A stretch of 22,439 nt of DNA from an uncultured bacterium (lineage in GTDB: Bacteria; Hydrogenedentota; Hydrogenedentia; Hydrogenedentales; JAEUWI01), in the NCBI GenBank assembly GCA_963977445.1, contig CAXBPH010000096.1, positions 1-22,439 on the forward strand, in the 5' to 3' direction. Under the pieces are notes generated by a model. That model was not told the DNA's origin and searched no databases. It saw nothing but the letters and a program-made list of their open reading frames with translations. Both the position numbers and the translations under genes were made by a program. Shown in pieces: positions 1 through 7,459 of this stretch (position 1 is the stretch's first letter; each line of letters starts with the position of its first letter).

Positions 1-360
1 TAAGGTTAACGTGATGCGTACAAAGCCACCTCGGTGTCCTTGCATAACCAACGTTTCCCGGCTGGCCCCACGCACACCTTTTGTCGGGTAGGAAAACCCG
101 ACCTCCTGCCGCAGGTGAGCTGTTTGAGAGGAGTGCGGACTTTCCAGTCCGCAATAAAGTTAGCGTGATGCGTACAAAGCCACCTCGGTGTCCTTGCATA
201 GCCAACGTTTCCCGGCTGGCCCCACGCACACCTTTTGTCGGGTAGGAAAACCCGACCTCCTGCCGCAGGTGAGCTGTTTGAGAGGAGTGCGGACTTTCCA
301 GTCCGCAATAAGGTTAGCGTGACTCTTACAGAGCCTCCTCGGTGTCCTTGCATAACCCAC
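1..360. repeat. Left REP/BIME-like tandem array, 154-bp period, about 2.3 copies (truncated by the window start)
   Basis: Units start at 1, 155, 309. Each full unit has REP-A on minus (GGAG-GTCGGGT-TTTCCT-ACCCGAC; 83-106, 237-260) and REP-B on plus (GGAG-TGCGGAC-TTTCCA-GTCCGCA; 130-153, 284-307). Confidence 0.95.
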
Positions 361-368
361 GCGGCCTC

Positions 369-1070
369 CTATTCTCCTGAGTCCCCTGACCCGTCACTCA
401 CCCATGGAAGCAAGCTATCGATATGCGCAGTATCCTCGTAAAGGATGTACTCTCCGCTTCGTAGCCCAGCCCTTGTGGGATTCTCCCGGATGTAATGAAG
501 GCACCGTTCCAGATGATCGGGGTTTCGAAGTATGCGATCCCAGTAATTTTCCTGCCAGAGCTGCCCAGAACGCTCCTCACGCATATTGATAATTCGCGCC
601 GAGTATCCCTTCCAAGACTTCAAAATGGCCTTGAGTTTGTGTCCTGTTCGCGCTTGAAACAGCACGTGAACATGGTTCGGCATGACGACATAGGCAGAAA
701 TATCGTAACGGTTGTGATTGAAATGAAGGATTGCTTCTGAAACTATTTTTCCGTTTTCAGGAGTCTGGAGGAGGCACTCTCCGTACCCGGCATCAAGCCA
801 TTGTTCGATTCGTCTTGGAAAGAGTTTTCGATATTTCTCTTGCACGGCGGGTCTCCAAGGCTTGGGATTCTGCTTGAGCTACAGGCGTTTCTCCTCCTGC
901 CATTGACGCAATTTTTCCTGCGGCAGCGCGTCTGCAAGGCGCCACGTAACGAAACAGAGCGCATGCCCCTGTTGCCAGTGGGGGAGCTGATGCTTATAGG
1001 CATCAAGTTCTGCGTCGGGATCGAGAAAGGGAGATTGCTCAAATTTGTCGCTGGCTGGCCGAGTAGACAT
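369..1070 (-). pseudogene. REP-associated tyrosine transposase (RAYT/TnpA-REP, Y1 HUH family) interrupted by an in-frame TAG at 879-881
   Basis: ORFs 879..1070 and 369..845 share one frame. N-terminal LPHW...FVTWRLAD, HUH motif MPNHVH, WKGYSA, LWQENYWDR and catalytic YIRENP. AGGA upstream of the ATG at 1070. Flanked by REP arrays. Confidence 0.9.
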
Positions 1071-1163
1071 ATGTTTTCCTGAAATATTTGGTGCGGTCTC
1101 GATTTCCTCGCTTCTCTATAGAAGTTAGCGTAGCACGGTGGGTGCGATAAGTATAGTGAAACA

Positions 1164-1711
1164 GAAGTGCGGACTTTCCAGTCCGTAGCAACGGCCTCTT
1201 GATGCGAGCAACGGCCGCTCTGTGTCGTTGCCACCATCCACATACACTGGCTGACCCAAGGCAACGCTGTGTCGGGTAAGAAAACCCGAGTTCCTTTCGG
1301 AGGAGTACGGACTTTCCAGTCCGTAGCAAAGGCCTCGCGATGGGAGTAAAGGCCGCTCTGTGTCCTCACCAGCACCCAGATACACTGGCTGACCCAAGGC
1401 ACACCCTGTGTCGGGTAGGAAAACCCGACCTCCTTTCGGAGGAGTACGGACTTTCGAGTCCGTAGCAACGGCCTCGTGATGGGAGCAACGGCGGCTCTGT
1501 GTCCTTGCCACTACCCAGATACACTGGCTGACCCAAGGCAACCCTGTGTCGGGTAAGAAAACCCGAGTTCCTTTCGGAGGAGTACGGACTTTCCAGTCCG
1601 TAGCAAAGGCCTCGCGATGGGAGTAAAGGCCGCTCTGTGTCCTCACCAGCACCCAGATACACTGGCTGACCCAAGGCACACCCTGTGTCGGGTAGGAAAA
1701 CCCGACCTCCT
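1164..1711. repeat. Right REP/BIME-like tandem array, four 138/139-bp units (277-bp higher-order dimer)
   Basis: REP-B (+) at 1164, 1302, 1441, 1579; REP-A (-) at 1271-1294, 1410-1433, 1548-1571, 1687-1710. Units 2 and 4 read identical; units 1 and 3 share diagnostic variants. Confidence 0.95.
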
Positions 1712-1895
1712 ATTCGTCGATTTTACGCGAGCGCGCAAAAAGAAACGCTTTCACCCACGGGGCGTGACGGCGGATGTTGATGTGATGCCATACAAGCTTC
1801 ACCATTGCATACCGGGTATTGTGGTGCTGACAGGCTGCCAAATAAAGTCATCTGCTGCGAAAACATCATATCCACCGTCAACCGTCAACTGCTCC

Positions 1896-3119
1896 TCATT
1901 TCTCGCTCAGAAAATCCACCATCCCTTTGATGCCGCCCAGGGTCATATCTTCCATGTGAAAAATGCTGCGAATCTGGTTGAGGGTGTAGTAGCCGTAGGT
2001 ATCGGCCCAGGTGTCTTTGGAGAGGGGATTGAGCCAGCAGGTGTGGGGGAAGCGGTCGGCGAAGCGGTTGAGCCAATAGAGGCTGGGCTTCTGTTGGCGG
2101 CCTCCATAGTTGCTGATGGCACCGCCATGGGTCAGCAATTCCTCGGGAGCCATGGAGGCATCACCGAGAATCACGAAACGAGTGTCGTTGCGTCGTTGGA
2201 GGAGCTGCTCGGTTGGGAAACTGCGGAGCCGTCGAAAATCGGTCCAGACGCTTTCATAGATGGTGTTGTGGAAATAGTAGATCTGCAAGTCTTCAAAGCG
2301 TTCGTGAAGTTTCGAGAAAAGCAGGCGGGTAATTTCCACAAAGGGCGTCATCGAATAGCCCCCATTGTCGATGAGCAGCACCACACTGATTTTGTCGCGA
2401 AGATCCCGCTCAAAACACAGGTCGATTTCACCCCCGTTCCGCGCCGTATTGCGGATGGTCTCCTCCAGATTGAGGAGGTCCCGGGGCCCCTCGTTCTTCA
2501 TGTGCTTCATGGTTTCCAGGGCCTGGCGTAAGTTTTCCGCACGAAGCTGCTGCTTGTCGGAATACTCCACGTAGCGTCGATCTCCGATGGCTTTCAGGGC
2601 GCTCCGGTTGCGCGACGCCCCCTCCACCCGGATGCCCCGCTCCGAATTGCCACTGTGGCCAAACGGCGAGTTGCCCCGCTGGCCTATCCATTTGCTGCCC
2701 CCTTGGTGGGCTTCCATCTGTTCACGGACCGTATCCCAGAATTTTGCCATGAGCTCTTCGGGGTCATAATGCCAGATGGCCTTCTTCGGAATTTTTCCAT
2801 CGGCGATTTGCTGCTGGAGCCATTCCCGGAATTGCTTGGTGTTGAAAAGGGCAAAATCCCCCTCCGCCACGGCAGGAATATCGATGCCATAAAAGTAAAA
2901 GCAGAAGGCCCGCTCAAAGGCATCCATATGCTCCACTTTACGGACAAATACAAGTCGGGAAAAGACGAAGAGGTCGTCCAGATTCTCGACAATGCCCTTT
3001 TCCAGACCACCGTTGAGTTCCAACAGGTCCTTGGGACTTACGGGAACGCCATAGTCCCGGAGGAGATAGACCAAGTCCATGAAGAGGGCGTTGCTATAGT
3101 CGGGGGATACTTTCAGCAT
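1896..3119 (-). CDS. VWA-domain CoxE-like protein (MoxR partner)
   Basis: 407 aa with HQGGSKWIG..G.SPFGHSG, TI..TARNGG and a MIDAS-like DNGGYS, plus GDASMAPEEL and WLNP motifs; downstream of a MoxR ATPase on the same strand. Confidence 0.85.
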   Translation of the reverse strand: MLKVSPDYSNALFMDLVYLLRDYGVPVSPKDLLELNGGLEKGIVENLDDLFVFSRLVFVRKVEHMDAFERAFCFYFYGIDIPAVAEGDFALFNTKQFREWLQQQIADGKIPKKAIWHYDPEELMAKFWDTVREQMEAHQGGSKWIGQRGNSPFGHSGNSERGIRVEGASRNRSALKAIGDRRYVEYSDKQQLRAENLRQALETMKHMKNEGPRDLLNLEETIRNTARNGGEIDLCFERDLRDKISVVLLIDNGGYSMTPFVEITRLLFSKLHERFEDLQIYYFHNTIYESVWTDFRRLRSFPTEQLLQRRNDTRFVILGDASMAPEELLTHGGAISNYGGRQQKPSLYWLNRFADRFPHTCWLNPLSKDTWADTYGYYTLNQIRSIFHMEDMTLGGIKGMVDFLSEK

Positions 3120-3152
3120 GGGAGTGACTCACATGAAGCGTGCCGGAACAAG

Positions 3153-3344
3153 AGGATCTTGGACATTCCTGTCCGAGGCGAAGTGAGTTTGCTGTACCAC
3201 AAATACGCGTGGCCCAAGCCACCAGACCGTGACTTTTCACAGCAAGGGAAGAACTTCTTGCTCGAGTCTCGGTGAGAGCGGATGTTCGTAATGTTATTCA
3301 CGCCCGACGCGTTCTTTGCCTCGGACAGGAATGTCCAAGATCCT
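3153..3344. repeat. REPIN-like inverted pair of hairpins
   Basis: 27-bp perfect inverted repeat (3153-3179 / 3318-3344) around a 138-nt spacer. Each arm is GGAT-CTTGGAC-ATTCCT-GTCCGAG. Confidence 0.9.
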
Positions 3345-3363
3345 GTGCGTGGATGCCTCCCCA

Positions 3364-4200
3364 TCAATACCGGTTGCCTTCCGTGGATTTCCCACCACGG
3401 TAGCGGAGGATATCTCCCGCTCGTTTCAGCAGGGCTCCGGTCAACGGCGGCATCTTGGGATCGGGCATTTGTCCTGTGGCTTCCAGGGCACCAATCCAGT
3501 CCAGGAGCTCACTCGTCGCCGGGGGCTTTTCAAAACCACGCTCTCGCAGTTCATAGAAAATGTTGAGGGCCGCCTCCAGCAGTTTGGGGCTCGTCTGGGG
3601 ATAGTGGAGGTTGACAATTTCCTTCATGTCATCCCGCGAAGGGAAGGCAATATGGTGGCAATAACACCGGCGCAGAAAGGGGTCGGAAAGTTCCCGCTTG
3701 GCGTTGGAGGTGATAAAAATCGCCGGGCGGATATCCGCCTTAATCGTGTCGTTTACTTCGCGGATGGTGAACTGGCAGTCTTCCAGGATGTCCAGCAGAT
3801 TATCCTGTACGTCCGACTCCGTCTTGTCCACCTCGTCCAGCAGGAGCACGACTTTCTTGTCGGCCCGAAAGGCCCGACCAATGGGACCCCAGATGACGTA
3901 GTCATAAAAGTTTTCCACGTTGCGGCCCGACTCGCCGGGGCCAAAGCGGGCGTCATTGAGCCGCAGGACCGTGTCCTGGGTGTAGCACGCCTCTTCCCCC
4001 TTGATGGTCGACTTGCAGCGCAACATCTCCACCTCCATCCCGAGGGATTTCGCCACCTCCAGCGCGAGCTGGGTCTTTCCCGTGCCCGCTTCCCCCGTGA
4101 GAAGGAGGGGCTTTTCCATGGTCAACGCAATGTTGACGATGGATTTGAGCTCCGGGTCAAGATAATACTGGTCCGTGCCTTCGAAGTGCTGTAGGGTCAT
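3364..4200 (-). CDS. MoxR-family (CoxD-like) AAA+ ATPase
   Basis: Walker A GEAGTGKT, Walker B LLDEVDK, ITSN..RELSDPFLRRC, KPPATSELLDW. Confidence 0.92.
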   Translation of the reverse strand: MTLQHFEGTDQYYLDPELKSIVNIALTMEKPLLLTGEAGTGKTQLALEVAKSLGMEVEMLRCKSTIKGEEACYTQDTVLRLNDARFGPGESGRNVENFYDYVIWGPIGRAFRADKKVVLLLDEVDKTESDVQDNLLDILEDCQFTIREVNDTIKADIRPAIFITSNAKRELSDPFLRRCYCHHIAFPSRDDMKEIVNLHYPQTSPKLLEAALNIFYELRERGFEKPPATSELLDWIGALEATGQMPDPKMPPLTGALLKRAGDILRYRGGKSTEGNRY

Positions 4201-4590
4201 AACGGGGAATGGGTACTCCTGAATGTGGGGATTCGGCCTGTGCCCTATAGTTTAAGGCACAGCGCGAAACGCTTCAACTGGGAACGGGGACTGCCTCGCG
4301 CAACGGAGTCGGGCGGTGGTGGGTATACGAATCAATATAATGAAGTGGAAAACGGGGAGACCCCGAGTCGGCGACTACCCATAGTCCCACACCCACGAGG
4401 CTATCCCATGGCATTAAAACCACTAGCCGTGCCACGAATGTTGGCTAATTGCGGTCCTGATACGGTTGCTCTTATACTCACGAACGGAATCCTTGCGGGG
4501 GGGAGCATCGAAATCTCGGCGGCACAACCCTCCGCGACAAAGCTATTTACGGTAAATCTTCTTTAATTCACAAGTGAATGGGACCACGCG

Positions 4591-5979
4591 ATGCGTTGTT
4601 TTTCGAATATAAAATTGGCAAAGCCTATCGTCCTCACCGTTGCAGGTGCATTATTTTTCACCGTTCACACACACGCTGCTACCATCGTGGTCGAGTACCC
4701 CAAGGACCACGTCGTCTACCAACGGGACGCCGACGACACGGCCGCCTTGCGTATTCGGGGAACCATTTCGGACGTTGCGGGGGCCGCGTCGGTCGAAGCC
4801 CGGTTTAATGGCGGGCCGTGGCAGGCGCTTCCCACACCGGCAGCGGACGGCAAATTCACGGGCACCATTACGGGCCACACCGGTCAGGGCAAACTTGAGG
4901 TCCGTAGCGTGGCGGAACCCGATTCGGTTGCCGTGGTCGCGCCCGTCGCGGTGGGCGATCTCTTTCTGGTCACCGGGCAGTCCAATGCGGACGGACGGGG
5001 CAGTGTCAACGTTACGCTGGCGGAGACCAACCCCTTTGTGGGCGCGAAATTTCGCGAGGGGCTTTGGTCCAAGGGCGATGACCCCTCGGACAGTGGGGGC
5101 GAGCACGCGTCTCCCTGGCCCATTGTCCTTGATACGTTGATTCCCGAGCAGAAGATCCCCATGGCCTTTATTCAGGCGGCGGCGGGGAGCACGGTGGTCC
5201 GACAGTGGCGAAAGGGTGAAACGTATTTTGACCGGGCCATGACCATATTGCGGGAGGCAACGGACGGTAGTATGGCGGTTAAGGCCGTCCTCTATTATCA
5301 GGGCGAAAACGACATTACCCACTACAACCAGTTTTCCGTGCTGGGCGACTATGGACGCTACAAAGAACACCTCACCGCGATGTTGGCCGACTTCCATGAC
5401 GAGCTGGGCGTACCCGTTCTTGTGGGACAAATCACCAATCTCCTGGACGAGCGTGACCGGAACGACGGCGTTCGTCGGGCACAGCAGGAGAGTTGGTCCG
5501 AGAGCCCCTACGCCCTGCCCGGTGCTGTCACCTACGACATATTTCCAACCGACGGCGTCCACTATCGCGAGGCCGACAACATGCGCGCTTTTGCGGGCCG
5601 GTGGACCTATGCGATACGCAATGCCTTCTACGCAAACCCGCAGCAACCCCAGGCCCAACTGCTCTCGGTGAAACGAAGCTCCGATACCGAAATCGAACTC
5701 ACCTTTGATGGTGAACTGACCGTATCCGACTGGCGCGGTGAGACGGCGGCACGGCCCACGGGCTTTCGTGTCGTAACGGCCGACGGCTCCCTCGGCGACA
5801 ACAACATCAGCGCCGTGAGTGTAGAGGAAAAGACGGTTTTACTGGAGTTCGCGACACCCCTTCCCGACAAGGCCCGATTCTTCTACGGCAGCGGCAATGA
5901 CGGCCAAGGCAAACCCGTGCTTCGCGTCGGGCAGACAGGGCAGCCCGTTCCTATGCAATTCGACGTGCCCATCGACTGA
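4591..5979 (+). CDS. Secreted SGNH carbohydrate esterase (sialate O-acetylesterase/SASA-like)
   Basis: Signal-peptide-like N-terminus; SGNH blocks TGQSNA, YQGEND and DGVH; beta-rich flanking domains. Confidence 0.8.
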   Translation: MRCFSNIKLAKPIVLTVAGALFFTVHTHAATIVVEYPKDHVVYQRDADDTAALRIRGTISDVAGAASVEARFNGGPWQALPTPAADGKFTGTITGHTGQGKLEVRSVAEPDSVAVVAPVAVGDLFLVTGQSNADGRGSVNVTLAETNPFVGAKFREGLWSKGDDPSDSGGEHASPWPIVLDTLIPEQKIPMAFIQAAAGSTVVRQWRKGETYFDRAMTILREATDGSMAVKAVLYYQGENDITHYNQFSVLGDYGRYKEHLTAMLADFHDELGVPVLVGQITNLLDERDRNDGVRRAQQESWSESPYALPGAVTYDIFPTDGVHYREADNMRAFAGRWTYAIRNAFYANPQQPQAQLLSVKRSSDTEIELTFDGELTVSDWRGETAARPTGFRVVTADGSLGDNNISAVSVEEKTVLLEFATPLPDKARFFYGSGNDGQGKPVLRVGQTGQPVPMQFDVPID

Positions 5980-6007
5980 ACAGGTGGGACAGGGGCATGG
6001 GTACTCG

Positions 6008-6040
6008 CACACGAACCGACGTTGTCGGATCGCGTGGCAC
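6008..6040 (-). repeat. GTGC-family hairpin; decayed second copy at 6153-6195
   Basis: Minus strand reads GTGC-CACGCGATCCGAC-AAC-GTCGGTTCGTGTG, matching the hairpins at 12951 and 18894 with compensatory changes. Confidence 0.8.
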
Positions 6041-6253
6041 AGATGACGAAGTTCTTTCGACGGCGAGTTTGTCTGAGAGCGACAAGTCTTTGTCGTAATT
6101 GGTGCCATGTTGTGAATGATGTTGAGATGTTTCGAGTGTCCGGTGTGGCATTCACACGAACCGCCGCGGTGGACTGACGAAAATCATCGTGGCACAATGA
6201 ACCTTCTTGTAGACCACAGGACGTGGTCTTGGCTTTATAGAAGGGTTTCTATC

Positions 6254-7243
6254 ATGCATGCTTCCGTCTTCCGCTGTCTCGCGGTTGCCTTTGTTCTGAC
6301 GCTGGTTAACGTAACAGCTTCCGCCGCACCCCGCATCCTTTCGGTCGAAAAGATCTGGGACCAGGGGGCGCACAATGCCTTTACGGATCTTCTCCAATGG
6401 AAGGGCTATTGGTACTGCACGTTCCGCGAGTCCGAGAACCACGAGGGGAAGAACGGGCTCATCCGTATTATCCGTTCCACAGATGGCGCGAAATGGGAAT
6501 CCTGCGGGCTGCTCGCGGAGGAGGGTATCGACCTCCGGGACCCCAAACTCAGCATCACGCCGGATGATCGCCTCATGGTGAACATGGGCGGGTCGCTCTA
6601 TGAAGGTATGAATTTGCTTGGCCGTCAACCTCGGGTTTCCTTTTCCGCCGACGGCACGACCTACACCGCACCGAAGAAAATCTGCGCCGATGGTGATTGG
6701 CTCTGGCGGGTCACGTGGCACGACGGCCAGGCCTGGGGCGTTTCCTATGACAACCGCATCGGCAAGGAAGACGAATGGCATCTCCGCCTCTATGTGAGTG
6801 ACGATGGCGAAAACTACAAGATTCGTACCCTCCTCGACGTGACGGGCCGTCCCAACGAAACCACGTTACGCTTCCTGCCCGACGGCACCATGATGGCCCT
6901 CGTACGTCGCGAGGCGGACAACAAGATGGCGTGGATTGGCACGAGCTCCGCGCCCTTTGTGGACTGGTCCTGGAATGAAACGGGCCTCCAAACGGGCGGA
7001 CCCAATTTCATTCAAGCGGAAGACGGCACCCTTTGGGCGGGCCATCGCTTTTATCCCGGTGGCGCGAAGACCGTGCTCTCCAAGATGACGGCGACGTCCC
7101 TGGAAAAGGTGTTGGAATTCCCCAGCGGCGGCGACACGAGCTATCCTGGCTTTGCCTGGAATGGCGAAGAATTGTGGATGACGTACTACGCATCGCACGA
7201 AGGCAAGACCTCGATATATCTCGCGAAAATCGCCTTGGATTGA
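6254..7243 (+). CDS. Secreted BNR/Asp-box beta-propeller protein (sialidase-like)
   Basis: Start moved to ATG 6254, which gives a signal peptide (MHASVFRC...ASA). Asp-boxes RSTDGAKW, FSADGTTY, VSDDGENY; C-terminal GGDTSYPG. Substrate unknown. Confidence 0.75.
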   Translation: MHASVFRCLAVAFVLTLVNVTASAAPRILSVEKIWDQGAHNAFTDLLQWKGYWYCTFRESENHEGKNGLIRIIRSTDGAKWESCGLLAEEGIDLRDPKLSITPDDRLMVNMGGSLYEGMNLLGRQPRVSFSADGTTYTAPKKICADGDWLWRVTWHDGQAWGVSYDNRIGKEDEWHLRLYVSDDGENYKIRTLLDVTGRPNETTLRFLPDGTMMALVRREADNKMAWIGTSSAPFVDWSWNETGLQTGGPNFIQAEDGTLWAGHRFYPGGAKTVLSKMTATSLEKVLEFPSGGDTSYPGFAWNGEELWMTYYASHEGKTSIYLAKIALD

Positions 7244-7286
7244 GTGTGTGTAGGGGACGGGAGAAGGGTGCCCCAAAATTACTGAG

Positions 7287-7380
7287 GGGTGCCACCCTTA
7301 CAGACGTGAGGTACGAGCGGCTTTACGGGTGCAGGACCTAAACGGGACGCAAGCACCCGTAAGGTCCCCCGCGTAAGGGT
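7287..7380. repeat. Minimal inverted pair of GTGC-family hairpins (right end truncated)
   Basis: GGGTGCCACCCTTAC...TTACGGGTGC, 20-nt spacer, then GCACCCGTAA...GTAAGGGT. Confidence 0.8.
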
Positions 7381-7459
7381 TAAAAACGCGCCGAAGGCGG
7401 GTGCCCCCCCAGGGTGAATGGTAAGCGGCCCAGAAGCAGAAATTGCAGTCAGGACTACG

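Noticed and set aside
879..881. Stop-codon reassignment explaining the two interrupted genes
   Set aside because: The two stops differ (TAG, TAA) and both codons end normal genes here (TAG: rarD, ALDH; TAA: 10048, 12657).
369..1070. IS200/IS605 insertion sequence
   Set aside because: No tnpB, protein is longer than typical IS200 TnpA with RAYT-type motifs, and it is flanked by REP arrays rather than single end hairpins.
743..1679. Repetitive ORFs across the arrays (also 6..360 and 12722..13382)
   Set aside because: Several overlapping frames translate the same DNA repeat, 138/139/154/169-bp periods shift frame, and no domain is recognisable.
1..1711. CRISPR arrays (also 12666-13213)
   Set aside because: Linkers are homologous or identical rather than unique spacers, periods are 138-169 bp, and no cas genes are present.
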